DNA of 64,000 nt from Novakomyces olei (lineage: Eukaryota): positions 1,116,001 to 1,180,000 of the forward strand of contig JADEYG010000003.1 of the NCBI GenBank assembly GCA_016906335.1, read 5' to 3'. Below the pieces are notes generated by a model, which was given only the letters and a program-made list of their open reading frames with translations, did no database searches and was not told where the DNA came from. Positions 40,509 to 52,008 of the stretch are shown here, one piece after another (the stretch's first letter is position 1; each line of letters starts with the position of its first letter). Position numbers and translations under genes: made by a program.

Positions 40509-41628
40509 ATGGATGTCAAAGCAATCATGAAACGCGTATCATCGTCTTATGTAATCGATTGGGTCCTGTGCATTGGCGTCACTGTCGCTTTTGTTTTTAT
40601 AGAAGAAGCGACTCATCCATTCTATAGGTAATCTACTGACCGTGACAAAAATAAATTATTAATTCTTTTCATTTGTGTGCTTTATTTTCAATTATTTTCA
40701 TAATTTTGTTCTAACAAACAGGATGTTTTCTCTCGAAGATCAAACTATTCAGCATCCATTCACACACAAAGAACGCGTACCAAACGAAATGCTGCTGCTC
40801 TATGCTTTTGTGCTCCCCGTCTTTGTAATTGCTGTACTTTGCGTAGTTCAAAAACGGCCATTGCACTCCACGCACATGACCCTACTCGCTTTTGCTCTAT
40901 CTACTTCTCTCACTGTTTTCGTTACGTCAGTGGTGAAAAACGCAGTAGGACGGCCCCGTCCTGATTTGCTTGAGAGATGTCTGCCGGACGACTCGACTGT
41001 GTCTGGTCTCGTTGGCATTGAAATTTGTACTTCACAGAACCACTCTCTTCTAGACGAAGGGTTCCGTTCGTTTCCAAGCGGGTATGACTATTCCTCTATT
41101 GAACTCAATTGTCGATTTAATTTTTACGAAACCTTCGATTTAGTTTTTTTTTCGATTTAACGCCGGGGTTTAATATATTTGTATAATGATTAATTCAATT
41201 CTAATTCTAGGCACTCGTCTTACTCGTTTGCCGGGCTTGGGTTCCTCTCACTGTGGTTAGCGGGACAGTACGGCTTGTTCCGGCCGCCCAGTCATGTGCT
41301 CAAAGTATTTTCTTGCCTGTTTCCAGCACTTGGAGCAGCAATGATAGCGATCAGCCGAACTATGGACTATCGACACCACTGGCAAGACGTCACGGTGGGA
41401 TCGCTTCTCGGAATTTCGTTAGCCTACTTTGCTTATGTACGCAACACGTTTCTGATTTTGATTATTATTTAAATTATCTGTGGTTCATGTTTATCGACAC
41501 TTCTAATACACTAGAGACAATACTTTCCGCCTCTACACCACCATCAGTCGGAAAAGCCGTACCCTCCGCGCTCTCAAGCTGCCGAGTACTCTCTCGCCAA
41601 CGACGGCTCTGCGGAGGCAATGGCGTAG
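40509..41628 (+). CDS. DPP1: PAP2-family lipid phosphate/diacylglycerol pyrophosphate phosphatase (Dpp1-like)
   Basis: Motifs KNAVGRPRP, SFPSG|HSS and SRTMDYRHHWQDV. Introns at 40628-40721, 41082-41210 and 41437-41514. Confidence 0.88.
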
Positions 41629-42125
41629 ACCAATTCGGCAATGACGCTAAATACTCTTTACACGCCTTTTATTGAGCGGACCTGTACAAATACTATGAAT
41701 AGCCAATAAATATATACATTTACGATATTACACAGTCTTTGTTTTATAGGCAGAACAGGACTTGGGCTGTTTGTGGCTGTTTGGAAATATTAATTTGGTT
41801 CTTTGCTTATTTATATTTATTTTTTAAATAAAGAACTGAACTGGAATAAGACATGCTGTACTGATTGTAATAAGTAGCCTACAATTCCCAGTTAAGTGCC
41901 TTAGGTAATAACGTGCAAAGTCAGGCAAAGAGAGATAGTGCTCTGTGGCAGCAAACGCATGGGCATCAACCGGGAGATAAACTGCTGTAGTAGCAGCAAA
42001 TTACGAATTAAGTAAATAAATAAATAAATGAATGAATGAACAAATAATAATTTATTTATTGATTTGAACAACTGTAAATTTGTTTGAATTTAATAGATAT
42101 GAAAAAGGGGTAATATTCGTCTCTG

Positions 42126-43693
42126 TTAAATAAACGGAGCCAATTCTATATAATTTTCAAGACGTAGGCCGTCGTCGCATGCTTCAACAGGAATCACACT
42201 AAACTCACATCCTGCATCCTTGAACATTTTGAAGGTATTAAGTTGGGTCAGCATTGCATCAATCATAGGAACCACCATATCGTCCTTGAAAGCAATACAA
42301 TAAAGAGCATCGTATCCTCCAGCACCGGGAGAATTAACGCCCAAAACTCCCGGAATCTCATACAAACGAGAGGTAACACTGCCATACTCATTCGGTACGA
42401 TAGGAACTCCAGTACGGACCGATAAACTTTGCAATAACACGCGTAAAGCTTCAATCGCAGAACGCAACTTATTGAACGGGGGCTCATAAATACGTTTCCG
42501 AGCTAATTCTAAATGGCGCTGCCATGTGCGAGAGGCAACAGGAATTTTTTGGATCTCTGCCAATTGCTCTTCAATAGACTTGGTCGCCTTGCGAATATCT
42601 GCAAAGTAAGAAAGTGCAGAAAACACATACTTTCTTGCCCAATTGACAAAAGTAGCCGTCATTTTCGGAGTTGATGAGCCACCTTTTACACTGATCAAAA
42701 GTAGTTGAAGACCAGGAGGAAGGCCAAACGGATCGATATTGCAGTCCCACCGTTGGTGTACTTGTTGCACTAATCGCGCCAAGTACCGTGAAGGGTCTGT
42801 CTCAAAATTCTGTGCTAATTTTGGTGTAAATCGTTGATACTTGCAGGATCCAAAGCAGGCAGCAGCCACATCAAAACCCGATGAAACACCGCCCTGACCG
42901 GCGCAGTGTACGAGCTGAGAAAGATTGTGGATGCGTTCAATATCCTCCTGAATATCAACATGAGGCCATAAAGCTTTGTACAAAGCGGTAGTAACAGAAG
43001 TGGAGAGGGCGGCAGAGCTGCCGAGACCAGTCTTGCACACCTGTGAGATGGGAAAATCGAATTTGTTGAAAGGTCGTAATTGTGATCGAGAAATTTCTGG
43101 GTTCTGTGAGTAAAAGGCATTTGCTGCTAGAATGTTAAGCTCAATATCCATTCGTGGTAGTCCAGCTGACGAAGGTGCGGTTAGAGCTCTGTAAAAATTG
43201 AAAATATAATGGCAAGCCTGTTCAACAAACGCATTCGGGCTTGTATTCCTGTTGCGATTAGAATTGCGAATTTCAATTTAAGAGAATGTAATGAAGAAAC
43301 AATTAGGGATGGAATGGAAATTAGGCACAAATGTAAAAGAAAAGCAAAATCGTAATTGGTAAAGGAAAAGCCAATTGAAAAACAAAAAGAATGTATTCAA
43401 TTTGAAGGAACAGAATATTAAAATAGTAGCCATTACTCTTGGTGGACAACACGAATGATTTCGCCATCGTCGTAAACATGAAAAACACTAACACAGTCTA
43501 CAAACTGTGGACTTATAGCACGAACGACGGATGCATGTTCGAGAGAATCAGCGAAGCCGGGTATTGTGGCCTTTTTGACAAGCGTGTAAATCCGTGCGTC
43601 CACGGTAAGTACTAAACCTTCATATGCTGGGCTTAGAATAAGGTAGCCACCTGCCAAAAGAACTTTTCCAGGCGCAGAGATTGCACTACACAT
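42126..43693 (-). CDS. ERG8: Phosphomevalonate kinase Erg8
   Basis: Motifs SAPGKVLLAGGYLIL, KTGLGSSAA, SGFDVAAACFGS and PGAGGYDA. Intron at 43249-43436. Confidence 0.9.
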
Positions 43694-44706
43694 GAAATTA
43701 GATATTGATCTAAATTATTTTAAAACTTGCGTGACAATTTCGTCACTTGCCATCGCAAGATGACGGCAGTGGCCGAGGCCGCGGCGCTGAGCCGAGCGCC
43801 TATTACGCGAGCAAACGACTCGCGATAATAAGGGGAAATTTTCGCTGTCTAAAGTGACGCGCAGAAGCGTTTAATTCTGCTGCAATTCTGCAGGCGACAC
43901 GATTGCTCTGCGGGTCCAAGTTCTCGACAGAGCATGGAAGAAAACCCTGATAGTCCCACATTGTATATGAGAAAGATATTTAATATCAGATAATATTATA
44001 TTGATTAAAATGCCAATCAATTAAAATATTTATAAAATATTATCAAATTTTTTATAGTTGATATATTGTATTTCACATATTGTTTTAAAAATCACGTGTA
44101 ATCTGTATGGGTATGGGTATTTTTTACGAGCTCCATAATTACTTGACCCAAGAATTATTTAGATACTTAGGATTAGGGTTAATCCTCTGTGCTAACTGCA
44201 ACATAGTGAACCAAGTCTTTACAAACAACATAAAATGATGCTCATATGATTGATATTATATGTACTATGACAATCTTGATAAATTAGAGCAACAATGTTC
44301 GAACAAGACGACTCGCCTGATTTGTGCACTAAACATCACTTTAACGCGCTCATCTCCATATTATTGCATAGATTATTGACCATTTGCCTTCACGGCACAC
44401 AGCTGTTTTTGTTATCGGGTATGTATTATATTACGTATAAGATGAACTTGTGGGTGGGCGTATATATTATGGATATATTATATAAACATATAAATCCGTC
44501 CCGGGCACCGACTGCCTAGCGTAATGCATCGACAAGGATGAACATCGTGGATCGGTCCATTCGTGCGCTTTGTAAAGATTCAAAAAAACTCAAAAAATAA
44601 GACTTAATTAAATCTGTGTTGAGGCCGTTGGCCTGCTATTCGAACTGTACTTTGTTTATTTTTAATATTACTTCTTCGCCTTTTCACGGAGTCTGAGGCG
44701 CACAAG

Positions 44707-47584
44707 ATGAACTGCTTTGCCCGCCGAGTGCTGGCTAAAAGCTCGCGCTCAATTCACACAGCAGCTAGCGGCCATCTGCGTATTTCCAGAAATGTCCAAA
44801 ACGCCTTGGCGAACGGTGAGCCCGTTGTAGCCTTGGAATCGACCATAATTACTCATGGTAATCAAGCTGTATCAGCACATCTAATTGAAAAGGAATGCCC
44901 TACCCGCACAATTTGGAGATGGCTCATTGCTGCGAGCAACAGATTTTAAATAACGGAGCCGTTCCCGCTACAATTGCTGTGCTTGAAGGCCGATTGCACA
45001 TTGGATTACACGAGGAAGAGCTCAACCGGCTGGCAACGAACAAGTCTGCTCGCAAAGTCTCAAAACGAGATTTGCCCGTAGTGACTGCATTGGTATTATA
45101 TTTCTTGACTGATTAAAACTGACTATAGGGATTAAACGGGGGCACTACGGTCGCGTCTACCATGATCCTGGCTAAAGCTGCAGGAATTCGTGTTTTTAGT
45201 ACAGGCGGCATTGGCGGTGTACACCGCAATGCAGAGTATACAATGGATATTTCCGCAGGTGAGTCTAATATGTGTAACTATGGGATGGGTCGTTTGAGAA
45301 TGGTTGGAGATGAGCAATAAAATTATTTATCAATTTTACTATTAAATTTAATTAATTGATTAATTTGTTCTTTCATTGATTGTTAGTTTTTTGTGCCAAG
45401 CATGTGCCAACTAACGACAGACCTGATTGAGCTCGGCCGCACTGCGGTGGCGGTAGTCTGCGCTGGAGCCAAAAGCATTCTTGATTTGCCTAAAACCCTC
45501 GAAGTTTTGGAGACACAGGGCGTTACTGTGACCACTATAGGACCTCAAGGCACACCTTTCCCCGCCTTTTTTACCCGTGACTCTGGCCTGCCTTCACCGT
45601 TCAACTCTGAAGGACCAGAGGATGTTGCAAAGTTGCTCGCTGCCACTGATGAGCTGGCTCTGAATGCAGGAACATTAGTGGCTAATCCCATACCCGTGGA
45701 AGACGCCTTTGATGCTGATGTTATGCGGAACAATATCGAGCAGTCTGTAGAGGAGGCAGCAGCGAAAAACATTACCGGCAAGGATACAACACCCTTCTTG
45801 CTTGCTCGTATCTCTGAACTAACCAAGGGTGCGAGTATAAAAGCAAATACTGCCCTAGTCTATAATAACTGCCGAATGGGAGCAAGAGTGGCTACAGAGT
45901 ATGCCAGACTACGAGCGTCGAGCAATGGAAAGCGGCATTTTTCCAGTATAAATTTCTATCACGATACTAGCACCAGTACTGGTAATACTCCTGGTAGTAA
46001 CAACTCTGCTAGTACCAATTCGACTAGTAGTAATTCGATCAGACATCAGAAAGACGTGACTAGTGGCGAGTCAAACGGGTCTTCATCGCCAGCGGTTGTT
46101 GTTGGTGGAATAGCGATCGATAATACTTGCTCAATCACTAAAGCTTCGCCTATGGAACAGTTGCTCTTCACTTCTAATCCCGGGATTTTGCACCAGACTG
46201 TAGGTGGCGTGGGCAGAAACATTGCGCTTGCGGCCTCTTATTGCGGGTGCAAAGTTAAGCTTATTTCTGCAATCGGCCATGACGTTGATGGGCAAGCAAT
46301 TCAAGAGAAACTGATTGAAAATGGGCTTGAGGCCAAAGGACTCTACGTTGCTACAGATGAGCATGTTCGCACTGCTCACTATACTGCTGTCAATACTAGT
46401 AGTGGGGATTTGGTGATTGCTGTTGCTGATATGGCAATCTTCAACGCTTATCCATCTGCCGAGCATGTGCGTGAAAAGCTGGTGGAGTCATCGCCAGTAT
46501 GGGTTGCAGTAGACGGTAATTTCTCAGTATCAGCAACAAAGCACGTGTTTCAAGCAGCCCGATCTGTCGGTGCTAAAATACTATTTGAACCAACGAGCGT
46601 TTCAAAATGTATTAACGGGTTTGCCCCAGTGCTGCTGCCTACTGATGGAACTGAGAACGAGTCGAGGCTGCGGTTCTCACCTCCTCAGTCGCCATTAGTG
46701 GATATTGTTACACCCAACCTGTACGAACTTTCGGAGCTGTACCAGATATGTAGACGCCACGAGTTTTTCGCATCGGATTATTATCGTGAAAACGAGTGCA
46801 AAGCCGACTTTTCCAAGGGTATGATTGTTTGTGAGCCGGAGTTTGTTTATTCAATGATTTGTTTTCGTTTTAAGTGATGTGTTTATAACGTGAAGGCGTG
46901 CAATTGTAGATAATCACATAATGGGCTGCTTGACTCCGGGATACGGTTTCTGCACGCTACATTGGAAACGTGTTTAGTTTACTGTTGCTATCTATTTGAT
47001 TATTCTCTTTACAACTTTTCAAGTGCTCTGGGCACAGTTTATATTTTGTTATTTTCAATTAACCTTCAATTTTCTTATCCTCTTTCGTGGTTAACGATTG
47101 CTATTCTTGTTTTTATTTTAATTTTATAAAATACTGTATTGTTTCCCATTCAATTCTAATCACAGGCGCTTCTATGCTACTCAAAGAGCGGGGAAAAGGC
47201 GGCGAACTACGAGGAATCGTGGAGGACTCTGTGCTCCCGAACGCAATCCCACTTTTACCATTTTTCCCTCATATTTTCGTAAAAATGGGAAGCCTGGGAG
47301 TAGTTGAATTGCGCAAAAAAGGCATCGAGCCACAAACTGCACACGCTTGCGAATGGCGCTATAAGGACGTTTGTGTACGGTATCACGCAGCAGAACGGGT
47401 CGAGCACGACCGTGTTCGCAGTGTCAGTGGAGCAGGTGATTCCTTTACAGGAGCCTTACTTTCCCGGCTCGTTCACGGTGGGGGCGTAGTAGAGCAGCAA
47501 GACGTTGAGTTTGCTCAGAAAGCCGCGGCTTTGTCCCTGCAGAGCCTTGATACTGTTCCGTACCCGTTAGTTGCACAACATTAG
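44707..47584 (+). CDS. Bifunctional pseudouridine-5'-phosphate glycosidase / PfkB pseudouridine kinase
   Basis: PsuG motifs [46 protein letters not shown] and GKDTTPFLL. PfkB motifs GGVGRNIA and SVSGAGDSF. Introns at 44858-44892, 45093-45128, 45259-45420 and 46819-47165. Confidence 0.92.
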
Positions 47585-48464
47585 CAGTAGAGCCGCTTTA
47601 TAATTAGCCAGTTTGACTTTAATAAAAACAAAAGAACAATGTCGTGTGTATATCTAAAGCGGGCAAGCATTGCTGCCTTTCCCCATATATCAGATTGCTA
47701 TACCAAATCACGGCTATGTCCGCCATTTCCGAGCCTCAGAATTGTGATAAACACAGTATTGAATTGTAATCATTCGATACTGCGACACAGTCAAGACTGC
47801 CGACCCAAATGCCCGTTTTGTACGGGTTTATCGTCGCACACGGCAATGAGGTTTTAACCCTTATCGGCCGGCAGCGTATATAAATGAATAAATTAATTTG
47901 TGTATATATATACTGTTTACTTTTGCGCGAAATGTGTGCCGATAAGCCCACGCTAGAATAAGCATGACGGTGTGCAATGAGCCTGGCGTCAATTAGCCCC
48001 GCAATTGCCTATATACGGGTCTATAAAGGTCCGTCATTGGCGCTCAATATTTGATGATCTCTGCTTTGCTCCAAAATTAAAGCGCCAAACTAGTTGATTG
48101 CACAAAACTTGTATCAAACACTGATATCATCAGTATCGTTATATAAATATAAAATAGTATGATTGAGTATATAATACGACGTTTATACTGTCAGAATAGT
48201 TACAGCATTGTTAATATAATACGGTGCTCGTATTGTTTACATAATCATTATAAACAACACAGTGGTAAAAAGATCCAGATCAATATATAGATAAAAACAG
48301 GGAAAAAATAAGCAAAAAAATAAGGAAAAAAATAGGGGAAAACACTTAGGTATACCCGTATAAATAATAGGGAAATAAATAATCAGAAATAAATAATCAG
48401 AAATAAATAATCAGAAACAAGTTGAGGCTGTACACAGACGTAAAACATTGCGACCGACGCAGTC

Positions 48465-50633
48465 ATGGTCGAGCTGGGCCCGAGGCGGCAGCGAACCGCG
48501 TCGGCACAGGTCAGCGGCACTTCATCAGCGTCTAAAACTGCAGGACCGGCTTCAGCACAGTCGTCGCGCGGTCGGCGGCAGAGGACTAACGCGGCCGGGA
48601 ACAGTAGTGGCGATAGTAGTAGCGCACGAGCGGCAGATCTGCCTGACGCGGCAGCTCAGCCTTTCCATGAAAATAACAGTACTGCTATTGACGGCCTACA
48701 GCTGCCCAACCCGACGACGGTAGAGCCACGAGAATCAGAGCCGCCTAAAGAAATAGCAAGTGCGACCGAGTTTACAGAGCACCAGGACTCGTTTGATACA
48801 CATTTCCAGCAGCAGCTAGAACGGCTGCACAGGGCGTCAGCGCCCGCAGTGGGCGGCAATGGCCACGAGCACGGCAGCGAGGCTCACGGGGACTATACAG
48901 CGACAGGCGGCGGCCACGCTTACGACGAGGCATCGGCCCCAGGTGCCGTCTTTGACGATATACAGTATGCGTTTGGTGACTCAATGCACGATCTGCATCT
49001 GCCTTCGGATCATGGAGCCGAGACCGGCCATGTGCACGACGGGCACACGGGCGCTAGTGCCGCTGGCCACGCGGTAGAGCAGATGCTCGATCATTTTACA
49101 GAGTTTGGGAAAGAAGCAGCAGCAGCTGCTGCTGCTGCTGCTTCGTCTTCAATAATGCACCAGACACATTTGCGTACGGTCCCGGCACTCGACGTGCTGG
49201 CCACACAGGTTCTGCGCATGATTGGCTCTGGATCTTATGAGCAGGTTGTTAATATAGTAAGCCTTCCCGAGTCTGAACCCGGCCGGGCGTACGCTCTTGT
49301 CCGGGCCGCCTTTGTGGAGACACGTAACGTGTTCTCCACTGAACCGTTTTTAAATCCGTGGGAATTGGCACTTTCAGACGATCACCATTGTGTGGCGATA
49401 CGCAAGTCCAATCTGGCGACTTATGCTACTGCCATCTTTGGCTCAAGCGATATTGGGTTCTATGACTTGAACGAGAACTTTCTCGAGACATTTGCCCCGG
49501 ATGGTGGCCGTATCCTAAAGGCACATACAAACATTTATCTCGATTTGAAAACACAGGCATACATTTCCGCACTATCGGCCTCGGAGAGACCAAAGGAAGA
49601 GATTCTGGAGAGTCTTTTCCCCTCTGATTTGGATGGGCAGTTGCTGGCACGGAGGCAGGCAGATAAACTGCTGCCCATGGAAGAAGAGTTTGTACGCCGC
49701 TGTCATTTGCGCAGGGAGCATCTGGCCGAGCAGTCAGAGCTCATAGACAGCCAGGCCCTGGCTGACCGGTACCTGTGGTCAGAGTTTTTGGAGTCCACGG
49801 CAAAGTATATCGCGGGTAATTATGATATAATATCAACCACAAAGTTGCGCAGTAGCAGCAATGGTAATAGTAATGGTATCGGCAGTGGAGGCGGGTTAAG
49901 TGTCGCCCTGCCTTTTGAGCAGCACGAGACGGGAGTGGAACAGGTGTTTGATGAAGCGGAGGCTGAAGAAATTGCGCCCCGGCGGAGACGGTCGTCTCGA
50001 AGATCTCAGTCTCAGTATAATGATGGAGAAGCAGCCGAGGGCGAAGGGGCTGGTAATGCTTCACAGACTAGCGATGGCCATGAGTATGACAAACACGATG
50101 AAAGGGCGGAAGAGGCCTTTGATTCTTCTGTAGAGCAGTTTAAAAGGCGGAGAAGGTCACGTGGAATGTCGCACGTTGAGCTGTCAGCCGGCCCCTCTGT
50201 ATTTCATGACGTCATGCAGTCAGGCAACGGTATGGCTTTCCACTCAAATTCAGAAAATGCGGATAATAACGTTTCCACTGCGGAAATGTACCACAAGGCA
50301 CGGCTAAACCCGGCCGGGCTGACTGGTCCGGCGGCCGAGCTAGCCATGAGTGGCGGTGGCAGCTTGCGACCGTCTATGCGGAGTCTGAACAGACGAGCCT
50401 GGACGCCTGCTGAAGAGGAGGCCTTATTGGACGGAATCGATAGGGTCAAGGGGCCCCACTGGTCAGAGATTCTGCGGCTGCACGGGCCCGGTGGGTCAGT
50501 GAGCGAGATTCTAAAGGACCGCAACCAGATCCAGCTCAAGGACAAGGCCAGAAATTTAAAATTGTACTTTTTGAAAAACCATCTCGAAGTGCCTCCGAAT
50601 CTAAAATCGTGCACCGGAGATCTGCGCAAGTAG
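48465..50633 (+). CDS. TBF1: TTAGGG-binding factor Tbf1 (TRF-like domain plus telobox Myb)
   Basis: IRKSNLATY...IGFYDLNENFLETF...LDLKTQAYISAL, and C-terminal Myb RRAWTPAEEEALL...WSEILRLHG...LKDRNQIQLKDKARNLK. Confidence 0.92.
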   Translation: MVELGPRRQRTASAQVSGTSSASKTAGPASAQSSRGRRQRTNAAGNSSGDSSSARAADLPDAAAQPFHENNSTAIDGLQLPNPTTVEPRESEPPKEIASATEFTEHQDSFDTHFQQQLERLHRASAPAVGGNGHEHGSEAHGDYTATGGGHAYDEASAPGAVFDDIQYAFGDSMHDLHLPSDHGAETGHVHDGHTGASAAGHAVEQMLDHFTEFGKEAAAAAAAAASSSIMHQTHLRTVPALDVLATQVLRMIGSGSYEQVVNIVSLPESEPGRAYALVRAAFVETRNVFSTEPFLNPWELALSDDHHCVAIRKSNLATYATAIFGSSDIGFYDLNENFLETFAPDGGRILKAHTNIYLDLKTQAYISALSASERPKEEILESLFPSDLDGQLLARRQADKLLPMEEEFVRRCHLRREHLAEQSELIDSQALADRYLWSEFLESTAKYIAGNYDIISTTKLRSSSNGNSNGIGSGGGLSVALPFEQHETGVEQVFDEAEAEEIAPRRRRSSRRSQSQYNDGEAAEGEGAGNASQTSDGHEYDKHDERAEEAFDSSVEQFKRRRRSRGMSHVELSAGPSVFHDVMQSGNGMAFHSNSENADNNVSTAEMYHKARLNPAGLTGPAAELAMSGGGSLRPSMRSLNRRAWTPAEEEALLDGIDRVKGPHWSEILRLHGPGGSVSEILKDRNQIQLKDKARNLKLYFLKNHLEVPPNLKSCTGDLRK

Positions 50634-50781
50634 GTGCACCTGCAGCTGGATTAGGACAACACCTATAATTGCGGATAGAATACCCTTACCCTGGCTATTA
50701 GCTTTTCTTGTCTTTTGATTTTGATTGATATGGTCCAGCCTGATTTGTTTGTCTTTATCGTCCTGTCTGTGTACCGGTTTT

Positions 50782-50785
<4 letters not shown>

Positions 50786-50820
<35 letters not shown>
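50786..50820. repeat. Poly(T) tract, about 35 nt
   Basis: Read directly. Confidence 0.95.
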
Positions 50821-51217
50821 CGTTTTACAGCTTACCGTTGAGCACACCTTTTGTTTTATGGCCTGTTATACAGCTCGTTTATACTATTCTCGCTTTTTAT
50901 GTTCAATACTCGATTATAATTACTAATTTTCAAATCCGTTTTCAAAACTTGAGTTCCTGATAGCGAGTATTTCTTGTTGTCTTTAGGTAATAGGGCACAA
51001 GTGTGTGAGAGTACCTAGAATGAATGAACAAGCGTATATTTACTATCTCTTGCGTGACTGCATTCTGATTGGCAGCCTTCTACAGAGCATAAGCTATAGT
51101 TGAACTTGACTGTAAAACAAAGCGAATGCTTTTTCCGTGACTTGAAAATGGCGATTGGGAGCACAGTCTGTGCCACTAGAGGAAACTGTTGCACCTACCT
51201 CTACCACGATAGCGGTA

Positions 51218-51708
51218 TCATAAGGCAGACCGCTCTTCTTCTTCTTTTGTAGGCTTTGAGGGCCCCTGTCGGAACCGTTTACGCATGTCCAGCTAGGATG
51301 ATTAGTCGCACACTGTGCCAGCATCACGTTGCAAAGACACGCGTTCAATGAATATAGACAAATAGTATAGAAATGATAGACAAATAGTACAGAAATAGCA
51401 TAGAAATAACGTCGATGGCAAAAGGTAGGGTCGTTTAATAGCAAGCGGTGTTGATTTTAGTTGAAGCGCAGATCTTTTAAAAATATAAAAAATTTTGCTT
51501 AGAGCCATTCAATGGCTAATCTTATTACCATTGCTCGTCTGCACTCGAAATAGCCTTGCAGCGCAATAAGGCATTCTCCCGGCAAAGCTTCTCGCAGCTC
51601 CGCGGTATTCAAACATTCCTGGACAGAGTGCCCATCGCGGTAGACGCAGGGCGAATGCTGTACGCACGCGACGAGACCTTCACGGAGATCCTTACACGAA
51701 CTCGGCAT
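51218..51708 (-). CDS. PET191: Cytochrome c oxidase assembly factor Pet191/Coa5
   Basis: MPSSCKDLREGLVACVQHSPC...FECRRAM|LDMRKRFR. Intron at 51293-51528. Confidence 0.9.
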
Positions 51709-52008
51709 TGTCGTTGAGGTGTCAAGCGGTCACTGGATTATAAAATATTCATATTGTGACAAAATATAATGAAACTTGTAGGAGAATCTGGCGATTTAAT
51801 GTTACTAAAACTGTAAAACGGTATTGTTACGACCATTTAATAATGTGTGCTGCAATTTAATATATGTCAGAATAATATAATATCAGAAAACTACAATATC
51901 AGAAACCATTTAATTGCCCTGTAATTATATGGATAAAGTTTAGGCTTTATTATATACGTCAATTCGTACGGGGTTTCCATCTCCACAATGCGCGAATAGC
52001 GTTGCACG

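Noticed and set aside
44230-44325. Box C/D snoRNA candidate after the TTAGGG motif
   Set aside because: Imperfect C box, and I could not identify an rRNA-complementary guide before the CTGA.
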